Translations under genes and position numbers: made by a program
Source: Eledone cirrhosa
Taxonomy: Eukaryota
Length of the DNA stretch: 64,000 nt
NCBI GenBank assembly: GCA_964016885.1
Contig: OZ024742.1
Coordinates: forward strand, 134,726,001-134,790,000
Reading direction: 5' to 3'
The notes under the pieces: generated by a model
What the model was told of the DNA's origin: nothing
What the model saw: the letters and a program-made list of their open reading frames with translations, nothing else
The model's database searches: none
In this document: piece by piece, positions 1 to 15,636 of the stretch
Layout of the letters: each line of letters begins with the position of its first letter
Numbering within the stretch: the first letter of the stretch is position 1

Positions 1-1196
1 CATCCCCTCAACATAGCTGTCACTACTTAAGTTTTGCTTTATTATATGAGTCAATAAGTTAGGGAGTTTCGCATGGGTACATGCCGTTCAAACATTATTC
101 GGATGCAGCACCGATTCAAGCATTTTCAGCTCTCAGGGTGTTATTTTATTATTTTTCGGATGTTTGCAATAATGGTTTTGTAAGATGCTTACTTGCCGTC
201 GATTGGCGATATTCTGTAAACCAAATTTTAATTTAGAATTTATTATATTGTTTTAATAATTTATTTTGTTGTTTCTCCATTCCATTTATAATACGTATTA
301 CTTCAACCTACATTTTATATTTGCTGGCTTCATTGAAAATAGCGTTTTCCATAGCGTAATTAATATTTTGTTACTATTTGTATGACACGTTTTAGATATT
401 GGCAATGTCTTACACAGATATATCATGATATGATTCTATTTGTAGTGTGCATCTATTTGAGATAAATATATAATAACGCTGTGTCGAAATTTGCGTAGTG
501 AATTATACAACCAGATAATATTGTTTTTCTTTTCCTGTCTAGCCTTGCTAATAGTTACAGCGTCACCTTTAAAATATTATGTCTATTAAGATACGATATT
601 TACATTAGCGAGAATCTTTTATATCATGCGGTCTTTTCAGCTTTTAAGTAATACTAGCGTTAATATGCTTAGCCAGTCATATTTCATGATGGTATCCCCT
701 TTTCAATAAAGGTCATACTCCCAGGGAGCCGCTGTTGATTACCACTTGAAAAACGCAACAAGAGGCCGAAGAGCAATACGTGCTTTTTATAGTGATTATA
801 TATGTAAGGAAATATTTTGTTGTGACCACTGGAAGATATATGTCTAGAGAAAAGAATTGTATATTGTGCTACTATTTCGATGGTCAACAGATGAATATTT
901 TATATATGGTTCACATATAAAAAGAATCTGCCAAATGCCCACCCATCGCACATAGAAAACATTAATTTATTTCAAAAATATATTTGTATATTGTTATTCA
1001 ATGCAAAACAAAATATAATTATGTAATTTATATAGGGAATCTATTCATTATTAGTCATCCTCCCAGGATCTGAAATAGAAATGAGTTGTCTTCAGCACAC
1101 AGTTATTATTAGACTATTTCATTTGCGGCGAATTAGAAGATTATATATATATATATATATATATCATTCTTTCACACACACCCACACACACACACA

Positions 1197-1233
<37 letters not shown>

Positions 1234-1238
<5 letters not shown>

Positions 1239-1419
1239 TTTAAACCCGACGGCAGGGCTCAAGCCGTTTCGATGGCTATTTGCGTTCAGAACTAGCAGTC
1301 GAAACGGCTTGAGCCCTGCCGTCGGGATTAAACATTTCCATATTACTCACTCTACTACCCTAAGTATTGAGTACTCTGGTGCGTTATGGTCCATCTGGTT
1401 CCCTATCACATCTCCTTCG

Positions 1420-1421
<2 letters not shown>
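1234..1421. repeat. Foldback repeat fragment in (TA)n (probable PLE terminus)
   Basis: 27-bp perfect inverted arms at 1245-1271 and 1300-1326. Segment 1335-1420 recurs at about 15914-15996 (same strand) and about 20815-20900 (inverted). (TA)n on both sides. Confidence 0.6.
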
Positions 1422-1457
<36 letters not shown>

Positions 1458-1496
1458 TATTGAGTCACATTACAACGAATCTTATAATTATACAGA

Positions 1497-1627
<131 letters not shown>

Positions 1628-1951
1628 GTGAGCAAAGAAATATCTCTAGGTGTAAAAAGGGAAAGAGGAAAATGATGCTCAATTGGGAAGAGGGAAGATA
1701 TATTATATGATTTATTTATGTTCATACACGGAACAAAACTACTACCTAAGTTTCCAAGGATCAAAATTGACCATATCTCTAGAATGTAAGAAGGATAAAA
1801 ATCGTGACGTGATCTTCATAAACGAATTTATATGATACGCTAACAAAGGGAAACAAAGGGAAATAACTCAAAAAATGTCAACTTCAAATCGTACACGTGT
1901 CAGTATCCGTGTGTAATAGCAGATGTATTTTATTATGTGATATTATGTAAT

Positions 1952-2140
1952 TTAGGGCGGTGGATTGGCAGTATCGGTAGAGGGTCGGACGCTATGCTTT
2001 GACGTATAGAGTTACGGCCATGCCATTCTGAGTTCAAATCCCGCCGAGGTTAACTTTGCCTTTCATCCTTACGAGGTCGATAAAATAAAGTACCAGTAAT
2101 GCTCTGGGTAATTTCTGGCCTTGTGCCAAACGTAGAAACA
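1952..2140 (+). mobile_element. tRNA-derived SINE (Nin/Deu-type central domain) with 20-bp target site duplication
   Basis: A box TGGCAGTATCGG, B box GAGTTCAAATCC, core GCCTTTCATCCTTACGAGGTCGATAAAATAAAGTACCAG. ATTATGTGATATTATGTAAT occurs at 1932-1951 and 2141-2160. Confidence 0.9.
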
Positions 2141-2872
2141 ATTATGTGATATTATGTAATATAGAGATGTTAATAATTATCAAATTATGAAGTAGTGTTG
2201 TATAAAGGTTGTACTGTATTACGTAGGTATAGAAAAGGAAATAACGTTATCGAGAAAGAATATAGATCAAATTAGGTTGGTTCAAAATAAATTGAATTTT
2301 TGACTATTTCAGATGGATCATCGTATAAAAATGTTGCTCTTTGAGTTCAAACTATTATTATTCGGAGAAGACAAATCTTGTCATATTCTAAATTTCACAC
2401 TATGACAGAGAGGAGATCTCTTTGTATCGTTGGTGTAAAGTATGGATCTTTCAATTATCTGACAATTAATCTCGTGAAAGAGTCCGTACTCCTTTAATTA
2501 TCAGATACAATACAACAGGAGGAACATAATAGTATACACTGATGATGTTGCAGATGTGCAACGGAATAAATTTGTTAGATTATATATATATATGTGTTTA
2601 TATCTATATTATATCTGTATTTTTGACCGTTGGTCAGACAATGGTAACCATTGAGGACCGAATGAATTAACTGAGGAGATATAAAAGATACAGAAGCGAA
2701 AACAAACCAAACAGTGAGTGTGTTTTGTTATTATTTCTGGCAATATTATTACAACGATATGACCCTCCCCAAGTATAACAATATTTGTTTCGACACACGA
2801 TTTATTATAAAAAACCTCGCAAAACAAATATATATATAAACATATGTATATATATATATATATACATATGCA

Positions 2873-2912
<40 letters not shown>

Positions 2913-4560
2913 TACATACACACACGCATATATATATATGCGTGTGTGTGCGTGCGTGTGTGTATGTATGTGTGTGTCTGTGTATGTGGTGTGTGTTTGT
3001 GCTAAATGAAATATATACTCAACTTAAATAAGACGACATGTGTCTCTATTTATTATAACTTCTTCGATTGCCTACATTTTATCACCATTTTTATGATAAA
3101 GATTCCTAACTTATGTCTATAGTTGGGATTATAGACGTTGTATAAGATTTTTGTTTCATTGAATAATAAACTTGTATTTTATAGTTATGTGCAGATGCTG
3201 TGTTTGTAAATATTCAAAAATGATTTGCACAAGAGGCTACACTTTATGCAAATACATACATATATATAAATATGTCTATGTGCGTATGTCTATGTGTGGG
3301 GAGTACAGTTACATATTCATATAATAGATCGTAAGATTTGATGCCGAAAACTGCACCGTCTATTCTTAAAATAGTTGTTATTATTTCTATATATTAGATT
3401 TGCCAAACTGTAACGATCTTCATTAAATACAACCATAAAGCTTCCTTTATGGCAATTTATACATATACAATCTCGCGTACGTACAAACATGCGCACAGAA
3501 ACATCCATAACTATTCAAACACCGTATGCATGCACTCACACACACAAACGCACATAGGAACATGTGTATGTAAGAATAATGTGATAGAATTTTAAATAAA
3601 TGTAGATACTTAGATATACTGATACGATATTGAAAATGCACATGTATGCTCGAAGTGTTGAGATTGTAGTTGAATTTTAACTGGAAATCAGATGAATGAA
3701 ACATGTCCATACGCATATTAACACATCTGCTTATATATATATATATATATATATACATTCTGCTTGTAATATAGACGCGTATTTTGCTACGAAATATGTC
3801 AGTATTTATGCATAAGTTTACTTGTCAACGCATATATGTATGCATGTACGCCTGTATGTGTGTGATAATAGACCACTCTCTCTCACACACACACACATAT
3901 AAATGTATATACATATATATATATATATGTGTGTGGGTGCGCGTGTGTGTATGTGTATGTGTGTGAGTGTGTGTATGCGTGTTTATATGACTGTGTGTGT
4001 AAGTACACATATATACATCAAATTAAATAGCACCATAACCTCGAAATTGCCAACGTGCGTATTTCAACGAATATTTGATGCATGCATGCATTCATATATG
4101 CATGCCTGCATTCAAATACTCAACCTGCATTTGAAAGTATGAATTTTAGTGGAAAGAATCTGTGTGCAAGCGTAAGTACCTTAGTACATACTTCAAGCGT
4201 TCTAGACCATTCTGACGTATGAACGAGACGTGAGTGACCATCGAAATCGCATCAGTTGACAAAGAGTGACATAACCACACAATACTCATTGATCCACGCT
4301 AGGACACACAATATTGACGGCAACAAAGTTGACAGAGAATATAATGACGGTGATGAATATGATGCTGCGTATGAATATAATATTTTCGATAATGCTAGTA
4401 GTGATAGTTATAATGGATAACAACCTTGTCACCAACAGCTTTATGTATTGCTACTTTTCTAGATTGCAGTTGTGATGGCTGTGGTAGATTTGTGCAGCAA
4501 GTTGCGTAGTGATCGATATTAACCTTGCAGACAAAGCGTATAAAAATAATCAGTTCATGC

Positions 4561-5228
<668 letters not shown>

Positions 5229-5234
5229 ATACTT

Positions 5235-5853
5235 CTTGTGACGCTGAACTCCGTCAGTTGCAGACTGTGTATCAACATGTGAATCTCCTTCCACAAAGCT
5301 CGATCACCAGCAGCAGAGTCCAAAGCGCAAAGATCAAGTCCAGTCCATAAGTTGACATTGTCAAGCCATCGTTTTGGCTGCAGGCCTCTGCTTCTCTTAC
5401 CAGACAACCTTCCTTCCAGGCATAACGTACTCACACCACGTGTTGATATCTTGATATGACCGTAGAGTTTAAGCACTCTTGACTTGACAATTGATGTAAC
5501 TGCTCTGATTCTGGTAATGTTGAGCAGATCACTGATACAGATACGGTCGCTGAGATGATTGCCAGTCATAAGTCTCATTATGTGGTTCTGGATTGTAGAG
5601 AGCCTCTGAAGTACCTTGTCGTCCAATTAACACACTCAAGACCTTATAACACAACTGGTAGGATATAAGTATCAAAGATCTTAGCCTTCAAATGATAGTA
5701 AACTCGTTTTTATGTTAGTACTTCCTCGTTCTTGTTGAAAGCTGCCCAACCTAGAGCGATTCGATATTGCACATCAACCATTCCATTGTTGTTTGATGAT
5801 AGTTTGTGACCGAGACACACAAACTCCGTAACTTGAGCAATTTGCTGGTTGTA
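5235..5853 (-). pseudogene. RTE-clade LINE, degenerate 3' end
   Basis: Translations VTEFVCLGH..RIALGWAAF and LKLYGHI..LEGRLSGKRSRGLQPKRWLD match the RTE C-terminal pattern. Truncated at the (TA)n at 5854. Confidence 0.8.
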
Positions 5854-6006
5854 ATATATATATATATAAATTGGAATAAATGCTCTGAAATAGCGATATA
5901 TATGTGAATATAGACATAGAATATTCGAAAATATTCTGTATGTTTATAATAAACATTTTGAAGACCTAATCGCTATAGAATAGAATACGTCACGTATTAC
6001 AATTAG

Positions 6007-6095
6007 ATTCTCGATAAAAGCAAGGGAAGTAATCTACGCGTTTCATTCTTGTTAGAAATCATCAGGACTACATATCCAGTGCTTTTATCGAGAAT
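6007..6095 (-). ncRNA. Type I hammerhead ribozyme (repeated at 6317, 6627, 6937, 7247)
   Basis: Minus strand GUAGUC-CUGAUGA-UUUCUAACAAGAAU-GAAA-CGCG-UA-GAUUAC, with a distal 16-bp perfect stem I extension. Confidence 0.88.
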
Positions 6096-7490
6096 GACAC
6101 AGCTAGAGACTTATAGAATACTTAGCTGTGTACAGGAACTGGTTTGAAAGAGCGGTTGCCGGTCCGGCAGAAATTAGAAATTGGAATAAATGCTCTGAAA
6201 TAGCGATATATATGTGAATATAGACATAGAATATTCGAAAATATTCTGTATGTTTATAATAAACATTTTGAAGACCTAATCGCTATAGAATAGAATACGT
6301 CACGTATTACAATTAGATTCTCGATAAAAGCAAGGGAAGTAATCTACGCGTTTCATTCTTGTTAGAAATCATCAGGACTACATATCCAGTGCTTTTATCG
6401 AGAATGACACAGCTAGAGACTTATAGAATACTTAGCTGTGTACAGGAACTGGTTTGAAAGAGCGGTTGCCGGTCCGGCAGAAATTAGAAATTGGAATAAA
6501 TGCTCTGAAATAGCGATATATATGTGAATATAGACATAGAATATTCGAAAATATTCTGTATGTTTATAATAAACATTTTGAAGACCTAATCGCTATAGAA
6601 TAGAATACGTCACGTATTACAATTAGATTCTCGATAAAAGCAAGGGAAGTAATCTACGCGTTTCATTCTTGTTAGAAATCATCAGGACTACATATCCAGT
6701 GCTTTTATCGAGAATGACACAGCTAGAGACTTATAGAATACTTAGCTGTGTACAGGAACTGGTTTGAAAGAGCGGTTGCCGGTCCGGCAGAAATTAGAAA
6801 TTGGAATAAATGCTCTGAAATAGCGATATATATGTGAATATAGACATAGAATATTCGAAAATATTCTGTATGTTTATAATAAACATTTTGAAGACCTAAT
6901 CGCTATAGAATAGAATACGTCACGTATTACAATTAGATTCTCGATAAAAGCAAGGGAAGTAATCTACGCGTTTCATTCTTGTTAGAAATCATCAGGACTA
7001 CATATCCAGTGCTTTTATCGAGAATGACACAGCTAGAGACTTATAGAATACTTAGCTGTGTACAGGAACTGGTTTGAAAGAGCGGTTGCCGGTCCGGCAG
7101 AAATTAGAAATTGGAATAAATGCTCTGAAATAGCGATATATATGTGAATATAGACATAGAATATTCGAAAATATTCTGTATGTTTATAATAAACATTTTG
7201 AAGACCTAATCGCTATAGAATAGAATACGTCACGTATTACAATTAGATTCTCGATAAAAGCAAGGGAAGTAATCTACGCGTTTCATTCTTTTTAGAAATC
7301 ATCAGGACTACATATCCAGTGCTTTTATCGAGAATGACACAGCTAGAGACAATATTCTATGTCTATATTCACATATATATCGCTATTTCAGAGCATTTAT
7401 TCCAATTTCTAATTTCTGCCGGACCGGCAACCGCTCTTTCAAACCAGTTCCTGTACACAGCTAAGTATTCTATAAGTCTCTAGCTGTGTC

Positions 7491-7579
7491 ATTCTCGATA
7501 AAAGCACTGGATATGTAGTCCTGATGATTTCTAACAAGAATGAAACGCGTAGATTACTTCCCTTGCTTTTATCGAGAAT
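7491..7579 (+). ncRNA. Type I hammerhead ribozyme (inverted unit)
   Basis: CTGATGA 7521-7527, GAAA 7542-7545, GUA site ending 7551. 7515-7520 pairs with 7552-7557; 7491-7506 pairs with 7564-7579. Confidence 0.88.
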
Positions 7580-7677
7580 CTAATTGTAATACGTGACGTA
7601 TTCTATTCTATAGCGATTAGGTCTTCAAAATGTTTATTATAAACATACAGAATATTTTCGAATATTCTATGTCTATA

Positions 7678-8130
<453 letters not shown>

Positions 8131-8338
8131 CGATAGAGCGTCTGAACCCATATTTTGCAGCATAGAGTTCCGGCCCTTTACATTCTGAGTTCAAATCTTA
8201 CCGATGGTAGCTTTGCTTTTCATCCATACGGGATGGATCAAATAAAGAACCAGTACTGAACTGGGGTCGATTTAATTGATGTTCCCCTCCTCTCCATATT
8301 GCTGGCCTTGTGCCTTAATAAGAAAGAATTATTATTAT
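8131..8338 (+). mobile_element. SINE, 5'-clipped and diverged
   Basis: B box GAGTTCAAATC, TTTCATCC core, GGCCTTGTGCC end, ATT tail. Confidence 0.8.
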
Positions 8339-8518
8339 GAATATTATTAGTGTGGTGAAATATCTAAATCAATAAAATGGCAGATACCTTGATATAATTT
8401 GTTGGTTTTAATTGGGTTTAATTCATTACTCCCATAAAGCTTTTAGTTTGTCAACTAAATATGTGTTAATCTTTTCATTTTAATTCTGTTCCATATTATA
8501 GACAATTGTTTTATTGTA

Positions 8519-8697
8519 ATATTGTTTCTACTTTTGGCACAAGGCCAGCAATTACCCAGTACATTACTATTACTTTATTTTATCGACCCCGTAAGGATGA
8601 AAAACAAAGTTAACCTCGACGGGATTTGAACTCAGACCGTAAAGGGACGTAACTATGCTGGAAAGCATGGCATGTGACCCTCCACCGATACTGTCAT
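8519..8697 (-). mobile_element. SINE
   Basis: Reverse complement of the family consensus. Confidence 0.88.
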
Positions 8698-10579
8698 TTT
8701 TTTCCTCTGTAATAACAGATTTTGGCACTCCCTAATTTATTGTAGAAGAGACAGGTTCCATTAAACCATAGATCCACATAGAACGAATAACGTAATGTCG
8801 TGTCTCAAATGTGCAGGCATTAGCCAAAGCTAACACATTTACAGAGTTTCCTAGAAGAACAATAGTGTACGCACACATTATTGCAATACACTTTATTTGG
8901 GCACCCAAATCCTGTATAAATTGCGGATTAAATCAAAGGCGTATCATCGGAAAAGTTGTGATGATGGAAAAGATATGTTGTTGATGGGAACAGTCTCAGT
9001 TATCACTCAAAGATGTCATTCAGATTTAGGATAATATATTAATTTTATACTTTGTCTATAATGCAATGAGATGAAAGATACTCTCTCGGGTTCGAAGATG
9101 TGCATTCATTTGATCAATGAATGTAAGTTTGATTGTAAGTGAATGCGTATTCAGTAGTCAACTGTAATCTTAGTGTAAATTTCAGTCAGAATCAGGCTAA
9201 AAAAACATGTGACTTCACTTGCACTTCAAATTACAGGCTTCCGTTCATAAACGTTTGATGCATGTTGGGTGTGTTCATGAAAGGCATATATTTGCGAAAG
9301 CTATAGTCATTAGAAATTGTCTTTATATTGAGAGTTTTGCTCTTCTGTCAGCCAACGTGTTAGATGTGTACGATCAACGCTGACTTTGAAAACGTTGTAA
9401 TAGCCAGTAGCCATTCAACCTGGTATAATTACTAGTTTGATATCTCTCAAATAGCAGCCAACTATATTTAGTATTGATAAATTAAATTATAAGAATACAT
9501 TGCAGAATATACTCCCAACGTAAATTATATCTGGAAATATAATGGTGTGCTAGCAACTAGAACGCATCTGATCATACAACTGTTCGGTCAGAGATTTAAC
9601 AAGTCAGATTTTCTTTAACATAAAAGAAACCACATTTGGATAATGAAGTGCCAAATGCATTGTTTGAAAAAAAAATACTTTGGTCGCTGCATTAATGTCA
9701 TTGTTCATATATCTAGACTGACCTGAGGTTTAATATCAAGAATCAGAATTGGAGCATGTGCCTGACTCGACCTGCTAACAATAGCAAGCACATATCTCTT
9801 AAATTACTCCCAGCCGACTTAAAAACTGAAGAGGGTGCTTTCCGTAATGCAGTTTTAAATGCCCTCTGTCTTAACAGGAGGAAATGAAGGGGATTGTTTA
9901 GTGGCGGACGGAATGCCTTTGATCATAGATCTGCTGGATTAATCCTAACCGAGGGCTAAATAACTAAAACAATAGTAACAACAAAATTTCGGGCGCAAAC
10001 ACCAAGGTATGTATGAAATGGGAAATATGAAGAAACTTACATAAAAAATATAACTAAAAATTATTTTATGAAGGCGGGGGTGAAAGAAGGATTATATTGA
10101 TGCATGTCATGGAAGAATATATATGTGATGAAAGTAGAAGAAACAACACATGATGGGCAAAAAATTAGAAAAGAAGAAAACATAAAACTACAGGAAAAAC
10201 ACGCCAAAAAGAAAAAAAAAATATGTGTAAAGCTGCGGAAAAACAGGAAATGCTGCCAGATGAAAGACATTGACAGGCAAGTGAAGACAGTGACCGGCAT
10301 AGTTAGGGTGGGGTGGGGGTCTTTCAGAGATGTGGTGAAGATGGGGGTGATAGTGGCAGAGATGTTGATAATGTGTTGGTTGTGGTGAGGGTGGGTACTT
10401 TAGTGTAGGGTAGAGGTTAAGGTGGCATCAATGGCATCATTCAATTCCGTTGTATTTGCCGTTGGGGGAGGCTGCTGTTTGGGGAGGCTGATGTTGGGGA
10501 GGGGGGGGGGCTGTTGGGGGTGGCTGCTGTTTGTAATGTTGGAGTTTTTCATGTTGTTATTTTTCACATAGTTGTGGCT

Positions 10580-10721
10580 ATTTTTTATGATTATGTTGAT
10601 GATGATGATGAAGATAATGATGATGGTGATGATGATGATCATGATGATGGTGACCATGATAATCATGATCATCATCATATTCATCATGGTGATTATGATG
10701 ATGATGATCATCATCAGCATG

Positions 10722-10765
<44 letters not shown>

Positions 10766-10870
10766 GGTGATTATGTTGATGATGTTCATCATCATCATCA
10801 TCTTCATCATGAGGAGGAGGAGGGGAAGTGGACGACGATGATGATGATGATGACGACGATGATGATGAAT
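10580..10870. repeat. Mixed (GAT)n/(CAT)n trinucleotide tract
   Basis: Alternating complementary triplet runs. Confidence 0.9.
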
Positions 10871-11565
10871 GTGTGTTAGAGAAGGAGAGAGAGGAAAACT
10901 ATGATGATGATATCAGTGATGATCTTAGCAGATGATATTCAAGCAAATTCCACCGATGATTCCACATCATTATGCTGGATGTTGTGTCGGTCGTGGGTCA
11001 TAAAGCAAGTGGAGCGGATGGTGAATGGGTTTTTTTAAATAGAGGGCAGGAAAATAGTGGAAGTGGTGAAGATGGATAAATAGTTATAGAGCGACATATT
11101 GATGGTGTTGTTTTGCCTCAAAATCAGCTCAGATCGATCACAAATTGGATGAAAGTCAGTAAAACCATATTCGGTTTCGTCTTATACAGCTGCTGATTCT
11201 CAAACTCAAAGTTCGATATGACGGGTATTTGGCTAGTATTTCTAGCAATTATAGCCATCTGCTAGAAGTCCCTTAAGCGACTCACGAAACTTGAGGCATA
11301 TGTAAGTAACGATGAAGACGGGAATATTGGAGCTCCCTCCACCAGTTCCTGCGGTGGTGACGATGGTGATTGTTGTAGTGACGATCATTGTAATGATGGC
11401 GCCGGTGGTGGCGATGATGACGTTGATAATGATGATTATGATGGCGATAGTGATGATGATCATCATAAATATCATAGTAGTCGTGAGGTTAAGAATGCTG
11501 GGAGGGATCGTGGCAGTGGTGTTTGTGGTGGTCGTGCTTATAGTGGTGGTTTTAATGTTAATTAT

Positions 11566-11749
11566 TTGTTTCTACTTTAGGCACAAGGCCAGCAATTACC
11601 CAGATTGCATTACTGGTACTTTATTTTATCGACCCCGTAAGGATGAAAGGCAAAGTCAACCTCGGCGGGATTTGAACTCAGATGGTAAAGGGACGTAACT
11701 ATGCTGGAAAGCATGGCGTCCGACCCTCTGCAGATACTGCCAATCCACC
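11566..11749 (-). mobile_element. SINE
   Basis: Full head, core and tail on the minus strand. Confidence 0.9.
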
Positions 11750-11763
11750 AACAATAATTAACA

Positions 11764-11950
11764 TGGATTGGCAGTATCGGTAGAGGGTCGGACGCCATGC
11801 TTTCCAGCATAGTTACGTCCCTTTATCATCTGAGTTCAAATCCCGCCGAGGTTAACTTTGCCTTTCATCCTTACGGGGTCGATAAAATAAAGTACCAGTA
11901 ATGCACTACGGGTAATTGCTGGCCTTGTGCCTAAAGTAGAAACAATTATT
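11764..11950 (+). mobile_element. SINE
   Basis: A box, B box, core and ATT tail; head-to-head with the previous copy. Confidence 0.9.
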
Positions 11951-11967
11951 GTTATGATTGTATAAAT

Positions 11968-12158
11968 GGCAGTGGATTGGCAGTATCGGTAGAGGGTCTC
12001 ACGTCATGCTTTGCAGCAAAGAGTTACGGCCCTTTATGGTCTGAGTTGAAATCCCGCCGAGGTTAACTTTGCCTTTCATCCTTAAGGGGTCGACAAAATA
12101 AAGAACCAGTAATGCACTGAGATAATTGCTGGCCTTGTGCCAAAAATAGGAACAATTA
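11968..12158 (+). mobile_element. SINE
   Basis: Third adjacent copy. Confidence 0.88.
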
Positions 12159-14270
12159 TATATGCTGACGATAATGATGACGGCGATGATGATGATGGCG
12201 ACCATCAACTTCACCATCATCATCATCGTCATCAACATATACTTTGCAATATTGATGGTGGTGGTGATGATGTTGTTGATGGTGGCAGTTATAATGTTGT
12301 TGATGATTCTGATCATGATGATCATGAAGCGGACGATAAAGGTAATGGTTGTGTAGGGGGTATCTGTGTGGGAGGTTTTGTGGCTGCTGGATGTTAGTGA
12401 ACGTAAATGCGGAAACTATTTTGCGTGTATATGTATATATATATATATATATGTATATATGCGTATGTATGTATATATATATATATTTATATATATATAT
12501 ATATATATATATAAATATACATATGTGTATATAATTATATATACATATACACATATATATGTACATGTGTATGTATGTGTGTGTCTGTGTGCTTGTGTTT
12601 GTGTGTGTGTGTGTATGTGTGTGTGTGTGTGTGTGCCTGTGTGTGTGTGTGCGCGTGTGTGTATTGTGTTTGGGATGTAATATAATTATAGCAAAGAAAG
12701 TTAGCACTTGATGACACTACTGTTTATTGTTAATTATAATGGCAGAGGTACTGTTGTTGTTTCTGTTGTGTGTGATATTAATTGAGTGGGGTAAGAAGGC
12801 GGTTAAGCTTCTTCCATGTCGGGTGTTGTAGAATGGAGCTAGCAGTCTGATAACATTCTGCGATTTCTAATTGGTGAAAGGAGTTACAATGAAATAGTGA
12901 GATGAATCGGCTGATATTGCTGTTGCTGCTGCTGTTTCTTCTTCTTCTTCTTCTTCTGATGATGATGATGATGATGATGAGGATGAGGTGGAGGGTGATG
13001 AAGGCGCTGATGGTGAAGATGAGAATGTGGATGAGGATGAGGAAAATGATAACTGTGGTAGTGATGGGTGTGGGGGTGAATACGATATTGGTGGTGGTGG
13101 GGCCATTGGCATAAGGTGTAGAAAGGGATAAAGTACTTGGCAGAGGGTAGGGGTAAGGCTGACATCCGGTATGGTATCTTGGCTATATTCTTGTTATTGT
13201 CCCTTTTCTTGTTTCAGCCATCCCAACACTAATTAGTTAGACATTTTATCATTAACGACTTTTGGTCTCCATTTTCGAGTGTTTTGCTGTGGCTATTTTT
13301 GTTTAAGACAGTGAGATTTGAGAGAAATGTCGTTGCTGTTGCGACTTTTAATGTATTTATGTTGCAGTTGTTGTTATTGTTATTTAGTTTAATATCATAT
13401 CTGACCGTGCAGATATATAACCAGAGACATTCCTTCCTTGACTATCATGTTTGTTTTGTTTTTTATATCAAGAAATATATTGCCAAATGTCCTATTTTTA
13501 AGCGGTAATGTCTGAATCAGCGGTATTTAGCTGTCATTTCTGGCAGGTCGAGTTATTACGTATGACTTCTCCAGTTGGCTCAAAATGTTGCTGTTGACTG
13601 ACCACATACAAGCTATGTTATTCGTTGTCATCTTTAGCTGTGTTGTACTTGATGAGAGTAAGTAATGGGGGGAGGGATAACAGTAGGAGACAGAGGTACA
13701 GAGTTCAAAGGGGGGGGGGGGAGAACTAGCTTCGAGAATTTGGCACATTCTCCTATGCATCAGCAATACTCAGCAATTAATATAATAAGAGAAAAGAAAA
13801 ATACAATGAAAACTAGAGAATGGAGACAAAGAGATCAGGGTGGGGGAGAGAGGGAGGAGAGAAAAAGGAAAGTGAGAGAGAGCGAGAGAAACCAAAAATA
13901 AGCAAGTTGGCTTAAGATAAAGATGAAGGGGAAAGTTGAACAGAAACATCGTGACTTTATGACGACTTTGATGACCTAAAGAAAAAACAATTACGAGATA
14001 GTGTGACAACTTGGAAATAGCAATTCAGATGTCATGGCCACCCCCGACCACACACGTTCATACACACATGCATTCATACATACACTTGTTTTTATACTTA
14101 CACACACATTCATAGGCACATACACTCAGACAAACCCACTCAGACCCAAGAACAAATTTGACATAGCTGACATGAACCAACAATAACAAAAACCACCATG
14201 ACTGAAATGATATATTATGAAAAATAATTTTGCGTTTGTGATAGAAGATAATGTTACTGAATGGATGTGC

Positions 14271-14468
14271 GGATAAAGAGTAAACTTAAAAGAATGGGTC
14301 GATGATGTTTTCACAGAAGTAGGAATTAGTGATACAGCTAAGATTCAATAATAACTACCTGCCACAAACACTACACACTCCTTTCTACTACCATGAGCTA
14401 ACGAAAGAGAAAGGACTCTCGGAGTAACTGAATCTATTGTATAGAGCAGCCATATAACTCACAATTCA
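14271..14468 (+). repeat. About 190-bp dispersed direct repeat (second copy 16211-16390)
   Basis: Both copies run from ATAAAGAGTAAACTTAAAAGAATGGGTCGATGAT to ACTCACAATTCA. Confidence 0.85.
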
Positions 14469-15636
14469 GGACACATCATCTGCATTAGTCCTGATGAATA
14501 TTGGGTAGCCGAATAAAAGGACAGAAATGTATGTCAAAAAGCATTAGTGTTACCACGGAGTGTTTTTGATTAGACTCCTCGATAAAAACAAAAATTGAGT
14601 CTAGACAACAAAATCAACGAGGAAAACGTCCATATAGTATCGGCAACATGAACTACTAAAAATAGTAGTCGAATCGTTATCAAGCCAAATTTATACACCA
14701 TATGATGTAAAATGTAATCTCCAAAATAAGAAGATTATAGTCATGGCGGAAATATCTATGATGAAATATCTGCCTGCATCTATCACAGCTTACTTGGAGT
14801 TAAGCAACAACAAACACATACCTAATATTTAATTACGCGAAGAGTAGAAAAGCAGCTTCATTTTAAAGTCAACATTACTGCCATTACATCTTATGCTAAA
14901 TAAGCAACTAATTTGTGTAGAGACCTGCTAGACCTAGAAGCGAAATTCTCATTGCCATCCTTACAAAGAACTTATCAACCATTGTAGACTTGGCATATCA
15001 TGCTTGAAAAAAGACGACTTGTTTTTAGAGTGTGAATAACCTGATTATTAGTCTGATCAATAAAGGTTTGACTGTGGCATAACAACGGCAACAACAGCAA
15101 CAAATATATAAACAGTATATTTAAAACAGTGCAGCTTTGGATTACGTCTACAGGCAATTAACACTATAACATTATCCACCTCCAACTGAGTCGCTTCGGC
15201 CACAATCCCCAGTAAAGCGGCCCACAATGCAGAGGACAGGAAGACAAGCATATATAGGGGCTTGTCTGGTTGCTTCTTCTTTGCAGAGGTCACCGTCGAA
15301 AATCAGGGGTGCGGGACCACTTATAGCCGAATAATAACCCTAACCCTTTTCCGTCTCTCCTTCTACTGATCTTTCCTTACACTCCTTCCTCTTTCCCTCC
15401 CTTACTTCTCATGTATAACCTTTATCGTCCTTTCCTTTACTTTCCTACACAGTTCGGCCCTTCTTTATCCGTTCCTCATTTTTACGTTACTTCATTTTGT
15501 TTTTATCTCTTTTAAATATTTTCATCATTGTATACTTATTTTTTATAAAATTTAGTTGACAAAATAAAGAAAAATATTAAAAACTGAAAGTTTATATCAG
15601 GTATATATATTTTGACCAGTATGATAAAAATATATA

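Noticed and set aside
1952-2050. tRNA gene
   Set aside because: The A/B boxes belong to a SINE head; no cloverleaf.
2530-2590. CTGATGA plus GTTGCA/TGCAAC hairpin
   Set aside because: GAAA is absent (GGAAT) and stem I does not pair; at best a decayed HHR.
5868-7350. Array as CRISPR or ordinary satellite
   Set aside because: No repeat-spacer alternation. Units are identical throughout and carry a ribozyme fold.
14487-14523. CTGATGA..GAAT
   Set aside because: No stem II or stem III.
14400-14950. Possible decayed L1-type endonuclease
   Set aside because: Only faint motif echoes across frameshifts.
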